Part shown: positions 38,251 through 51,589 of the stretch, in pieces
Position numbering within the stretch: position 1 is the first letter of the stretch
Layout of the letters: each line of letters begins with the position of its first letter
Assembly (NCBI GenBank): GCA_964016885.1
Contig: OZ024745.1
Span: 101,990,001 to 102,054,000, forward strand
Direction: 5' to 3'
DNA: 64,000 nucleotides
Origin: Eledone cirrhosa
Taxonomy: Eukaryota
Notes under the pieces: generated by a model
What the model was told of the DNA's origin: nothing
The model's database searches: none
What the model saw: only the letters and a program-made list of their open reading frames with translations
Translations under genes and position numbers: made by a program

Positions 38251-38404
38251 CTATATATATATATATTGGTGTTAGGAAGGGCATCCAGCCGTAGAAAACC
38301 TGCCAGACAGTCCTATACGAGCAGGACAACAAATCTTGCCTCAAGTGGGAAAACTCCCGTCCAAACCCATGCAAGCATGGAAGATGGACGTTAAATGATG
38401 ATGA

Positions 38405-38439
<35 letters not shown>

Positions 38440-38466
38440 AAGATAGACATTAAACGATGATGATGA

Positions 38467-38612
38467 TATATATATACTGTTGTATAAGTTTGGTAGAAAT
38501 ATCCAAGGGTAAAAGCAGTCAATCCATAAAAATATATACACACACATATATATGGACTGAGTGCTTTTACCCTTGGATATGTATACCAAACTTATACAAC
38601 AGTATATATATA
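38467..38612. repeat. Short fold-back element in (TA)n
   Basis: CTGTTGTATAAGTTTGGTAGAAATATCCAAGGGTAAAAGC inverted to GCTTTTACCCTTGGATATGTATACCAAACTTATACAACAG. Confidence 0.75.
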
Positions 38613-38865
38613 TTTTTCCTTTTTTTCCTCTCTTCACGTTGCCTCACCATTCATGTTTGTTTACCTGTATCTCATTCTCCACCCAATTCTTTTTATCCCA
38701 ATAACTTATTTTAGTTATTGTATCACGCTAGCCTGAGGTATCTGGTCTTTAATGTGAAGAAATACCTATGATGGCTAGTAGACCACTGATGATGGATAGT
38801 CCTGGCTTCTATTTCTAATTCTTCATTTTAATTTGTATATATATTTATCATTTCATTTTCATTTC

Positions 38866-39195
38866 ATTTCATTTTACGTCCACTTTTCCCTGCCTGCAAG
38901 GGTGGTGACGGGAACTGATTCTGGCTTGATTTCTACAGCTGGATGCCCTTCCTAACACCATCCTCATTTACAGTGAGTGCTGGGTGCTTTTTTGCTGTGG
39001 CACCTCCACGACCACTTTGCAGTGGAATGATAGAGACCCCAGTCCCTATCATCTCATTTCTACAGCTGAGTAAACTGGAGCAATGTGAAATAAAGTGTCT
39101 TGCTCAAGGAAACAACACATCACCTGGTCTGAGAATTGAACTCACAACCTTTCGATTGCAAGGCCAATGCTCTAACCACTAAGCCATGTGCCTCC
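38866..39195 (-). mobile_element. SINE family A
   Basis: Near-identical reverse complement of 19806-20140. Confidence 0.9.
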
Positions 39196-39390
39196 ATATA
39201 TATGCCTGTGGAATACTCAGTCATTTACACATTAAAATAATGAGTAAGTAGTTCAGTCAACCAAAAACATGAATAAAACCGAAGGTGCATGGCTGACTGA
39301 ATACACACATGTATTTTCCTCTTTCTTTTTCCTTGTTCCTTCCTCTTCTCACTCTTTATCTTTCTGTTTTATCTTTTATTTCTAACTCTA

Positions 39391-39427
39391 TCTTCCGATG
39401 AAGGACTAGAGTCCGAAATGTTAAGAC
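39391..39427 (+). ncRNA. Degenerate minimal HHR motif
   Basis: TCTT-CcGATGA-A-GGAC-TAGA-GTCC-GAAA-tG-TTA-AGAC; homolog of 60823-60858. Confidence 0.6.
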
Positions 39428-39611
39428 TCTTTTTCCTGCTATTTCAAACATTAAACTAATATATTTCTTCAATGTACTGTGTGTCGTTTGCTTTATTATT
39501 TCTGTTTACTTTTCTCCCCCCCCTCTCTCTCTCTCTCTCTCTCACACACACAGGGACAGACATATGGACAGATAGATAGATTAAGATAGATAGGTAGACA
39601 GATAGATAGAT

Positions 39612-42600
39612 ATATTTCTTTATTCGCCACGAGGGTGCAAAAGATGAGCCCAAATACAATGGGGGGAGTTTACATACATAAAATTTGTGTAAAAAATATA
39701 ACAATGAAAAAATAAAACAATCAAAATCTCCAATAGGGGGAGGCGTTACAAAAGGGTTGTACACACACCTGAGATAATGTGCAACCCTCCTCTCCAGGAG
39801 CACAAAGAGCGAGTGCTCCCTCCTCTCCTCCTCCACCTACAGGCTTATATAGAGAGAAGGCCCAATCACTCGGGCCATCCTTGCCACATTCACCCACCTT
39901 TCGTAAAATTTTCTGGGGTGCAGCACCTCTCTCTCCTGTCTGATGTTTCTTTTAAAATGATATTTAAAGAAACGAACCAGTTGTTCGCCGGAGAGAAAGG
40001 TGTCTGACCTCAGCCCTTTCAACCTCATCCACCATATAGCCTCTTTCACCATAGCCATTACACAGAGGAAAACCGCCTCTCCTTTGTTTTTGAAGGAGGA
40101 TGGCGGTTTGATCGTAATAATGGACCGGGTGGTCAACCGGATTGGTCCCACCAGGACTTTGCCTCCCCATCTGAGAGTCGCAGCAGGCCGTCGAGGTATG
40201 GACCGAAATCCATAGTCTTTTCCGGCGCGCCACCCCTCCCAAACAACTGTGCAAAGTGCCGCTGAAATGCCGCGCACATCCGCTCCGGTTCAAGTATGAC
40301 ACGTCCATCTTGGCCACTCCTAATCGCCTCTTCTACTTTATCTACTAGTTCTTTTTCGGTCCTATTGCTATCTAACGCTAGTTCCTTACTAAAGCCTATC
40401 GATTCTAATCTAATTGCTCTCCTGAGAGAGCCCCACCACCTGTTGTTGACAATTGCCACTGTCAACTGCTGCTTAATTAAAGTGCTAATCCATCTACTGT
40501 AAGCTTTGCATGTCGGTAACGACAAGTTCAGCTTCCAATAGCCGGCTCCCTGTCTATGGTTCTATCAAGGTTGACTATGCAGGTTTGTGATCTGAATTGG
40601 CAACCATGAACATGTGTGGACAGCTTAACATGTCCCTATCACTATCTCTAACTAGAAACCTATCTAGGTACAATCTAGATTCCCGCTATGGTTGGTCCAC
40701 GTCCACATTGGCACAGTCGGAAAATCTAGTCGGTATCTATCGGCCAGTTGAAATTGGCCGATTAACTGTTTGAGGCTGTTACACCCCCCTCTATCGGAAC
40801 ATGCCCCTACATTGTCCCAAAGTGCATCTGGGATTCCATTCCAGTCCCCCACTAAAAGCAAGGAGAAAAGTTTCCAGACGTTTGAAGAAGTCTGGCCGCA
40901 ATGTCCCGGAAGGGGCATATACGGCCACCAGTCTGAAGGCTCCACCTTCACTACTGTCGACGTCTAGTACTACCAGTCGACCCTCCAGGTCCAGATGTAC
41001 CGTCTGTGTTACGAGGTCCAGGTGTTTCCGCAGCAAAACGGCAACCCCACCCGCACCTCCCGGCTGACAGATGCGTAGATCTCAAAGTCATTGAAGATGG
41101 GGGCCAGTTGCCGCTCGCTGTGGATCCTGGACTCGCAAATGGCTACTACATCCATACTGTGCGACCTGAGGTCGTTTAAGAGTTTGCCCTGTTTCCAGGG
41201 CATCCCCAGGCCGCGTACATTCACACATCCAACTCTTATATTGGCCATGTTGGTGCTGAAAAGTTAAAAGAAGAGGAAAAGAGATCACTTACCTCTTCGT
41301 CTCCTGGGGACCAGGCTGCACAATTTCCATGGGGGTGTTGGAGGGGTTGTTTGGTAGGGTGGTGGTTTCTGGCAGGGTGGGGACGGAGATGTTTAGTGGG
41401 AAGGGTGTGTCTGGTGAGGTGGGGGGTGTTTGGGGTGGGGGTGGGGTAACATTTGAACAGGACTCGGTCGTAAGGTTTGACGCAGGGGTTGCCTACGTCG
41501 TTTGGAAAGTTTTCTTTTAAATGTTTATATATGTCTATCGGGATCCTAATCATCTTAAGATTAGGTTTTTTCCCACAAGTAGGTAAAAGTTTTCCCTTCG
41601 GTTTCCACCAAGGGTCTTTGGTTATAACCTGCATTAAAGTTTTATTGTCTGTGTTTATATATGTGTACTATTTTAGTTGTGTAGTGTTAGTTTTTGTTTG
41701 TTGTTCTTGTGTGTGTTTTCTCTTTGTTGTTGGTGTTTTGTTTTCAGGAGGGGGGGGGGGGGGGTAATGTTTGTGTTGGTGGTTGTGTCTTTGTTGTCTT
41801 TTTGTTTGTGTTATGTCTTTTTTTGTTTCATTTTGCGCGGAGGGGTTCTCCCTCATCATCACTGGGTGATGATGAAGGGCCTCATCCGTTGTGGCATCTG
41901 TGTGATTGGGGAGGGGTACATTTTGGTGTGGGTGTTTTTGGAGTTGTTTTTTTGGGGGGAGGGGTTGGGTGGGACTGTGTTTGGTGTTGTTATTTTTGTG
42001 TGTTGTTGTTGTTGTGGTGGTGGTGGTTGTGTTGTTGTGTTTGGGGTTGGCAGAAGAGCCTTTTTTTTCGTTAATTGAGGACAGGCAGCCCTCAGGTGAC
42101 CCCTGCTTAAGCAGTGGTAACATGACGGCCGCCTACCCTCAACCGAAATGTTTATGTAGGTTAGCCCATCCAGAGGCACGCGTTGTGAGATTCTAGCTAT
42201 TCGTTCTGGGCTCATTTGAACCAGAACTTCTAGGCTAGTCCCACTAAATACACCTCTAGAGGACTTTCCTACTGAGATTATTCTGTCTTCATCAAAATCA
42301 ATGAATCCACATAGTATCCACCAAATATTTACATTTGGTGTGATACTCATAATTTTATTTTTTGTGTTCTTTTTCCCCTGTATGTGGAAACAAAGGGGAA
42401 AAGGGGGGACACAATGGGTGATACAGTGTATTTTTGTGCCGTTGGTTCGTCATTCATTAGCACCGAAATGCTACCAAACAGTTTTCCTCTTTGGATGAAG
42501 GTTATGTTCTTCATTGCATCTTTTAGAACCAGCTCAATTTCGTTTTGTGATAATTGAGCTGGTTTTCTAGTTGTATTTGATATTGTCCTGAAAACCACAC

Positions 42601-43288
42601 TTTTCAGGACAGTCTCTCTACGTAATACCTGGGGAGAATTGATGCAAAAAGCACCGTTTTGTCCAAAAGTTACGTATTGTTTTGCATCTTGGAGTAGCTG
42701 TTTTGCGTTAGTGATGTAAATTGGAGTGTATAGTTCTGTTTTTTTTTACAGTTTGTGCCAACGATGTTTTGGTGTTGTCTTTCTTGTTGCTGTTGTTGTT
42801 GTTGTCACTGTTGTTGATGTTGTTCATATTTTCCTTGGTGTTGTTATTGTTGCAGTTGTTGGTTGTGGTGTTATTGTTATTGTTCTTGTTGTTGGTGCTG
42901 GTATTATTTGCCGGGTTTGGTTCCGTGTTTGCAATATTTTGTAACATGTTAACGTCTGCAACGTTTTTCGATAAGGCGAGGGGGGAAGGATGCAAGCTTT
43001 GTACTCCTACCTTCCCTCCACCACTTTTCTTAGTGGACGTGGCACTCACTACAGTGTGAGAGGTTGAAATGGCATCCATTACTAAATAACAAGTCTATAA
43101 CACAAATTTTTCAGATGAAAATTTCGCCCGAAAAACGGGTGAAAATTAGTTAACCCAACGTCTGAAGGCCCAGACGTGGGGTTAAACTAAACAATAATAA
43201 CAAATTCAACAATAAACTCACAGTTTTTTGTACAATAATCTGTAAAAAGTCTGGAGTGAAGTAATACACGTCTACCAATCACAAAGAG
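39612..43288 (-). mobile_element. Tx1-like LINE with both ends present but the RT deleted
   Basis: ORF1 remnants with a CCHC knuckle (CYHCLSRGHLRAAC); ORF2 APE (VGCVNVRGL, VAVYAP, VGDWN); jumps near 40135 from the pre-RT region to the C-terminus; AGATAGATAGATATA on both flanks. Confidence 0.88.
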
Positions 43289-44719
43289 AGATAGATAGAT
43301 ATACATATAAATATATGAGTGTTCTACCTAATCAGTGAAGGATTTTTAACCATTTTATAACTTGATGTAGTGTTGATGTGAAAATCTTATTGTGGCAGTG
43401 AAATCTGTTGTTGTGAAAAGATAATATCCCCATACATGTTGAGTATTCAAAACTACAGGGGCTGATATACAATGTTAAACAGTGTGGTAGAGAGTGGAGG
43501 CATATATAAACTCCTTTATATTATGTTTATGCATAATAAATACACATATAGTCTTGCTGTGAATAATTTAAGCTGTGATCATATCATAGCTACCTCAGTA
43601 TCAGTATAAGAGAATTATATATTTATTTTATAACCCTTTTGATACCAACCCATCTGACCCTGCCTCTGGTCTTATAATACAAAACTATTTGTTTTAAAGT
43701 GTTTATAGTTATCTAACAGCCTTCCATCATAATTTTACGCAAGAAACTTTGATAAGTTATATTCCAAACAGCAGCTTAATAATAATTATTTTAAAAATAT
43801 ATTGAAAATCCTAGACAGTGTCTTTCATTATAAATATGTTCAGAAAAGAGTTAAAGACATTCCAGCTGTGACCATCACATCAATTTTTAAAATGATATGG
43901 TGTGAGCCAAAAGAAATTTGGTTGTTCAAGCAATCAAATAAAAGTTATCTTGATAGGTTTTATTAGAAACAGTCTGCTAATTTATAGCATTTGTTGTATT
44001 TACACAAGAAATTAGATTATGTTTATAGTTATTGACTTTTTTTTTTAACACTCCACCAAATGATTAGTGACTAATCAACAACTACATAAATAAATTTCAA
44101 AATCACCCAATGACACTGCACAAGTCACATCAGCAAGTGCAAGATAAACAGCTATTGTTCATTTGTTCATTTGCAACGGAAAATTTAAAAAAAACAAAAA
44201 CAAGCAAACCAAGCCAACAACAAATTTGTTGTGATGTTTTCCTTTTCTTTCTGATTTTCCTTTCATTCCATGATATAATATTGATAATGATTAGATTCTC
44301 AGCAGCTTTTGTAATCATTTATTATTGCCGTTGTCGTCATTATTATTATTATGTACTTGTTGAAAACAAAAAGCAAAAATGTATTTTAGAAAATACAAAT
44401 AGCCAAAGAAAAAAGTGCTGTTTATCTGCACGTGCAAGCCAATCACAATATGATTGTGTCAGTAACCCACTGAGATGTCTTAATTCATTATCAGAGTATT
44501 CATCTGATCATAGGTTGTTGGTTGAAAGAGAATTTGTATTTTGGCAGCAGGGTGTGTGGAGATGGAATGACAGAGTTGCTGGTTGCTGAGTGCTTGCAAA
44601 TTGGTGTAAAAAGATGCCATGTCTTTGAGATTTTCTATAAGGTCACAGAGGATGATAGCAGGAGGCTGTTTAGTAAACAGCTTTGTCACACATAAGCCTT
44701 TCTTGATATGAAGATCATC

Positions 44720-44783
44720 TATCATCATCATCATCATCATCATTGATACCACTATCATCATCATCACCACCACCACCACCACC

Positions 44784-44874
<91 letters not shown>

Positions 44875-44920
44875 CCATCATCATCATCAACATAATCATC
44901 ATCACCACCATCACCATCAT
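44720..44920. repeat. (CAT)n/(CAC)n microsatellite
   Basis: Direct observation. Confidence 0.95.
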
Positions 44921-45330
44921 CCTTTGTTATGCCACAGCTACCATAACCATTACAATTCCAGCTATAAACATTATTTCAACTACTACCACTACATCTGCTG
45001 TTTCTACACCTCTCCCTTTCTCTTCTAATATAACGACAGTCACAACCATTACTAATATTTTTTATAGCATGTTAGGACTATTATGAAGAGGAAGTGTTTG
45101 ACATGGAACTATCAGTTCAAAGGTTTTCAGTTCAAATCTAAGATGGTTATTTTGCTGTGCATTTGTAATTCATCTGTCCAAAATAGGTGCCAGATCCTCT
45201 AGAAATGTTGTCTGAAATAGATTGGTATCCTCTCTATATGAAGATTTGACTCTCATCAGCTGTGTGCTATGAAATTGGAGCTAAGCTCAGAGACTTAAGG
45301 TTTTGCTGGTGCACTTTTGTTTTACTTAGG

Positions 45331-45377
<47 letters not shown>

Positions 45378-47671
45378 ATTCAATACCACCACCACCGTCA
45401 ACACCACCACCACCAACTGCTCAAACATACAGGCCTCTGATATTGTCCAAGAGAAAGGCAAAGACTGATACAACTTGATATCAATGTCGTCACAGCCATA
45501 GAAAACTTGTCAAACAAAAGGTTGAGAGGCCTCGTCAGATGTAGAACAGCTACAGGAAAATGCATCCAGTACATTCTGTAAGGTACAGGAGTATATGTGA
45601 GATGTGATCCATGGACTGTCTGGGAGGACAGTAACTTTAATTAAGTACCGACTTAGTTGCTGAGGACCTGTCCATCTAATGCTAGCATCAAAAATGGTCA
45701 TTAATTAGTGATGATAATTAGTGAGGGAGAGGAGGGCAATGCCCATCACACTTTTCAAGACTTCTGGCATGGATGAGTTGGAGGAAAGAAAGTATTCTTA
45801 AACTAGAGACCAGCTCTGAATGCTTGCAATAGGGTGAACTCAGCTAATGGCACCCAAAAGCCATGTGGGAGTATAAAATCAGGTATACTAAAGCAGGATT
45901 TGAATTTAGAACACAAGGAGACAAGGTATCTTAATTGATGATCTAACAATTCTGCCAATAAACCACCATTGACTGGTTCTATATTTTATCAACCCCTAGA
46001 AGGATGAAAATTTAAGTTGATCTTGGCTGGAGTACAGATATCTGGAACAAATGCCCCAAGGTATTTTGTCCTATGCTTTAACAACTCTGCCAATTTGTCA
46101 CTTGAAAGGGGACACAGAAGATAGGACAATAATGTGAAGCTCATCATGGGGCCTGCAAGCCTAACCTTTACTTTAGCAGAGATAATGACCTTAAAATGCT
46201 TGTTAGATTGTGTTGAATGTAGAATAATTACCTGATAGTGCAGTTATTATTTACCATTAAAAAATCACATAGACTGTTATATTCACTTTTACTATATCAT
46301 TAGTTTCTGATGATATAGTTAGATACCAAAGTTTCTACTTCACTATATCTCCCTTTAGTGTAAAAATAGTAATTATATTTCAAGGAAGTTGATCTGTCCA
46401 TATTTCCTCAACTTACACAGAGACATGTCTTTCTTTCTATTATATATTCTGTCTCCACTTTCACTTCTTTTTTGTTGATTTTGTCTGTCAAGAGAGAAGT
46501 ATAAAATTGTTAACCTTGTGAAACTTTCCATCTCTCTGCAGATATATAGATTAATTTTTGCCTTGTTTTGTCTCTATAAAGTTCAGCTCTCCAGCCATCT
46601 CATTCTTTACAAATGATGTAAAATAGAAAAAGAAAAAAAAGAAAAAAGAAAAAATCTATGACAACCTACCTGATGGCTTTGTATCTCTGTTTGTTGAAAT
46701 CGTTATTCATCAATAGCTTTCAAATTTCATTTATTGATATTGGTCAGTGATTCTTATTTATTACAGATTTCCATACATTATTGATCACTAGCATCTTCAG
46801 TTTATTTATAGTGAATCCAGCTAATTTTCACTCATATATGTCAAGAATATTAGCTATCAATAAATGACTATTGTTATATATCTATATATTCTTCTTTTGT
46901 CTTATCTGAAAGCTGCTCACAATTTATGACTGAAGCCAATTCACTTCATATACACTGTTACTGCTCTTAAGAAAGGTAAAAGAGCCCCATAATCATATTT
47001 CATGTCACGCCTACAAATGTGTGCTGTGTGATTTTGTAAGAGATCAATATATTCGTAATCTTTGTTTTATAACATTTTCTATCTATCGGCATGTTACAGT
47101 TTCATTCATCAATAGATATAGCCTTTGTGTTAACATAGCTCTTGTCTTATCTATGTTTATTGTAGTACCTTCATCTTCATCATCATTATTTTCAGCCATT
47201 ATCTGCCCACTGCAAGCCAATGCCAATTGCTACTGTCCTGTATCTTTCTCAATCAAGTAGTATCCATAAAATGATGGATCATATCTCTCCATCTCAGCCC
47301 CTATTTTCCTCAACTACATGAACCCTTTTGGTCTTCATTCTGTACATAGCCTTGCCTATCTCTTATCATTTGTTAAGTGTTTTGCCCACATCTCTTTTTT
47401 CTTAGCAATATGTTATCTGTCTAGTCTTATTTATTTGAATATATCTTATGTAATTTAACCTCTATAAACGATGATGATGATGATTCCTAGCTTTATTAAT
47501 GTTAACCCATAGGCAATGCAATTTCATGCATAGAATAGTATTGCATAATATTGAGCCAAGTTGCTTAGAACAAGCCACTGGAAAGATGTGTATGAGAAAA
47601 CACAAAATAGAGGCAGGAGACAACAAGTGAGTCTCTTTTAATTAGGACGTCTAAGCAAGTATATAAACAAA

Positions 47672-47892
47672 TAATGGTTTCTTATATAGGCACAAGGCCA
47701 GCAATTTCGGGAGAGGGGAAAGTCGATTGAATTGACCCCAGTGTGTGACGGGTACGTTATTTTATCGACCCCGTAAGGATGAAAGGCAAAGTTAACCTCG
47801 GTGGGATTTGAACTCAGATAATAAAGGGCCGTAACTCTAAGCTGCAAAGCATGGCGTCCGACCCTCTACTGATACTGCTAATCCACCGCCCT
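47672..47892 (-). mobile_element. SINE family B
   Basis: Reverse complement of the 31286 / 57508 type. Confidence 0.85.
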
Positions 47893-48493
47893 CAGTATAT
47901 ATATATAAATAAATAAATAATAAAAAGTCTTACGACTGGAAACATGATAGGATAAAGCCCAAACAAATTGTGCAAATAGTAACACTGGAAGGTAGGAAAT
48001 ATAAATGTATATATTATATATTATGTAAAACACATGGCAAACTGGCATGGTAGTCAGAGTTTCCTGAAGCCAGCTGATGTTATTACTTCTTTGTTCATCA
48101 ACCAAAATGGAAAATATCTACTAAAGAATGAGTAAAGAATAAGTAAAGAAAAAGGTAAATATTTTATATTATGTAAAACATGGCAAACTAAATGAGATGA
48201 TAGGACTGGGGTCCCTATCATTAAATCACTCAAGACACCTCCAACGAGATATACCTTGGAGGAGGCCAGCTAAACCTGCATAGGTGTGAGCTGTCACACA
48301 CAAACTAGATACTTGGAGTTTTCCCAAACAGCAATAACATCAGTTTGCTTCGGGAAACTCTGAGTACCGAGGAAGGTATGTGCCAGTTTGCCATATATTT
48401 TACATAATACAAAATATATACCTCTATGTTTACATACTGAGGGCACATTCTTTAGTGATTTTAATCCCACATTCTGGAAGCTATATATATATA

Positions 48494-48846
48494 CTAGCAG
48501 AATAGCCCGGCGTTGCTTGGGATTTGCTCTAGGGTTCTTATATATTTGATATATATTTATCCTTATCGAGCCTCGTGAAATAAATACGTTTGTTTATATT
48601 TTGTTATTGTGTAGGCAAAAATATATGTACACGAATATATAATTATATATATATATATAACAGTACAGAGAAGTACGGAATACCTCAGCCTCAAGATGGT
48701 GTCTACATTTTATGCTTATAAAAAAAATTTGTCGCAGATTACCAGGGTTTTTTTTCCGTGCGAAGAAAATCAATACTTTATCGTAAAATAAATACTTTTG
48801 TTTATATTTTGTTATTGTGTATAAAAAATATCTGTGCACGAATATA

Positions 48847-48883
<37 letters not shown>

Positions 48884-49366
48884 ATTAAGTCAAATATTTA
48901 AAATTTGGCTTCATTTATTAAAGATGTACTGCTATATATATTTCGGTGACAGCCATCATTGACCGTGATCTCTTCAGGCAGTCCGAATTGGTGTGGTAGA
49001 GACAGGTACACATGTTGTTGAAGTGTTTTACTCCATCAATACTCCGATATGTCCGGCTCCTGGTTTGGTTGTTATTTCTCTGAGGAACTGGAATCATATG
49101 AATTCGAACAAACAGATTTCGGTGTCATAGGACACTCACTCCTCCCATTGGTCAGTTGTGAGAACATTCCTCAGTCAAAAGTCTAGAAATGTTTCTGAGG
49201 CAAGAAAATCTGTTGTGATTCTTTTTGTTAAGTACAGCTGACCTCCTCCCTTGTGTTGGTAGTGGTAGTAGTGTTAAGGGGTCAGCTGGCAGGTCAGCTT
49301 TGGTTTGCTGCTGCTATGTTCAGAAGAATTTGTGTGTGTGGGTTGGCATCTATCCTGCCACCATTT

Positions 49367-49411
<45 letters not shown>

Positions 49412-49871
49412 AAAATAACAGATTAAAGTTTAAGCAAAGAATCTCTACTTTCACCCTTAACGGGATCTTCTGAAACTAAAAAAATCAATCTGTGAACACA
49501 GAAGTAAATATTTCGAAAAACATTACACACTATTTATATATATATATACATACACACACTTTATATACATACACACACCGCGTCATAATGTCGTAATGCA
49601 GACAGTCAGACATACAGACAGATATTATAAGGGAGCAACGTTATATCTATGTATCTATCTAAAAAGAGAAAGACTAAGAATTATAGGGAGAGATCGCTAA
49701 ATCGCCTAGTGCGGGCCCTAGGACATTGAAAATTTGAATTTTTTTTTCTCAGAACACACACGACCATAAGTATTACATATGTAAAGTTTGAAAACAATCG
49801 GTTGAGTGGTTCTCGAGTTTTATTGAGCTGACAGACAGACATACAGACATTCTCTGTTTTAGATATATAGA
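48494..49871 (-). mobile_element. Non-autonomous Helitron-like element with a nested insertion
   Basis: Minus strand A|TCTATATATCTAAAACAG ... CCCAAGCAACGCCGGG hairpin ... CTAG|T; homologous to 62882-63486. Confidence 0.75.
48928..48982 (-). ncRNA. Type I HHR motif (intact core)
   Basis: ACTGC-CTGAAGA-GATCACGGTCA-ATGA-TGGCTGTCACC-GAAA-TATATA-TA^GCAGT, then AATAAA. Confidence 0.72.
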
Positions 49872-49925
49872 TAAAACAAGAAGTGTAAGACAATAGGTTA
49901 AAATTAACTTCATTTATTCATATTC

Positions 49926-49984
49926 GCTGCAATATATATTTCGCTGATAACCATTATTCAACAGTTATGACTTCATCAAGCAGC
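49926..49984 (-). ncRNA. Degenerate type I HHR motif
   Basis: GCTGC-tTGATGA-AGTCATAACTG..TGGTTATCAGC-GAAA-TATATA-TT^GCAGC, then AATAAATGAAG as in the 48928 copy. Confidence 0.6.
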
Positions 49985-51293
49985 TAGAACTTGAACAGAA
50001 AAAATTACTCCAGAGGAAACAGACTCACTTGCACACTTCGTTGGGTGCTCTAACCTGCATACTGAAGTGTCGGTAAGCAACCAACGGCATACTCAAATTT
50101 ATATATACATATATGTCCCTCATCCTAACAGTGCCCTCTAGTTCCACACTGTAAATGTGGTTGGTGTTAGGAAGGGCATCCAGCTGTAAAACACCTGGTC
50201 AAATTTACAGTCCTCGTCAGAGCAAGGTTTGGCATGGCCAGTTCTGGCCAGACTTGTCTCCTGACATGGGTCGACCCGTCTAACCCATGCAAGCATGAAC
50301 AAATAGACGCTAAAGAGTGATCATTATGATGTACAATATGTGCGTATGTAATATATGGAAAATTTGGAGACAAAAGCAATATTTCTATTGCATGGTTCCT
50401 AATGGTGATGTTAAGAGACCATACCACCTCTCTACACCAAATTAGATTATAATTTTTCCAGTTTGGGGATAGTAGCAATACATCTGTCACATAGTCCTGA
50501 ACCCTTCAAGCTTACTACAAGAACTAGCTGGAAGACAACGAAGCAAGTTTATCGGCTTGTTAATAATATTTTATTAATACTATATTTTCTGTCTTATTCC
50601 TTGATATCTCATAAACAACACATTTGAATATCTCAGCATAGTAGATTTTATTGCTATGAAACTATTGTATTGTGTTAGCCTTTTCCATACTATAAATATT
50701 GGGGTTGTCTGCAGAAGCATTCTACATAAAATTGGTTTTGAATAATAGTTATATATCTTATCTTCCAGAGTGTGTGTATATATATATATATATCCAGGGA
50801 GTGTAACGTGGAGTTACTGTGTGTGTGTCTGTGTGTACGTATGTTTACAAACATGCCCATACCACGTATCTCCACTGGTGTGTGTGGCCACATGTATATG
50901 TGTATTTATATGCCTTTATATACACTCTGATCATTAACTTCTTATAACATGAGTCCCCTTAACAATCCACTACCACACCTAACACCCTATCCTAAACACC
51001 GCAATCTTTCATCCAGTATCATAAACCGCACCACCACCACACCCACACCCCACACAAAAATCAGCCCCCAAACTACACACCAAACTGTCTAGTGACAGTC
51101 AATACGCCGTACACCGCAACCCACTTCAATCTGTGTCCCACCCCACCAACTAACCCCCCCCCCCCACCTACACTGCAGGCTAAAACATCCCTCTGGATTA
51201 ACCCACCAATCAAAACAAATTTCATTGACCAGCATATGAACATCAGACTTTCTCGTATGCCATGTATAATCGTGTTTTCATTACTACTAAAAT

Positions 51294-51390
51294 GAGTCTG
51301 ACGAGCCGTGGATTAAAGAGTCGGGCTAGATCAATACAGATCGAACCTTGAGCTGATTGGTGGCAAAACGCGTGTCACCAACCAATAAAC
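51294..51390 (+). ncRNA. Degenerate HHR motif at the end of a probable PLE remnant (~50930-51432)
   Basis: CTGACGA-GCC..~54 nt..GGC-aAAA-C-GCGT-GTC, AATAAA at 51384, (TA)n tail. Confidence 0.5.
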
Positions 51391-51430
51391 GTAATGAAGG
51401 AGTAACCACTCGGCCTTGTTTTATTTTATC

Positions 51431-51470
<40 letters not shown>

Positions 51471-51589
51471 AGGTTAGTAGATTTCTTTGTTCATCTGTCA
51501 GTGTTAAATTTTTAACAACAAACATATTCATAATTTACAGTTTGAGCTTTCATTGAAACATTCTATATTGGATACTAGTCAGGAATATA

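Noticed and set aside
38780-38815. CTGATGA followed by a GGA..TCC hairpin as another HHR
   Set aside because: No GAAA or stem III follows
39195-39430. Fixed linkage of SINE-A with the minimal HHR element (also at 60.7 kb)
   Set aside because: Relative orientation and spacing differ between the two sites, so it is probably coincidental
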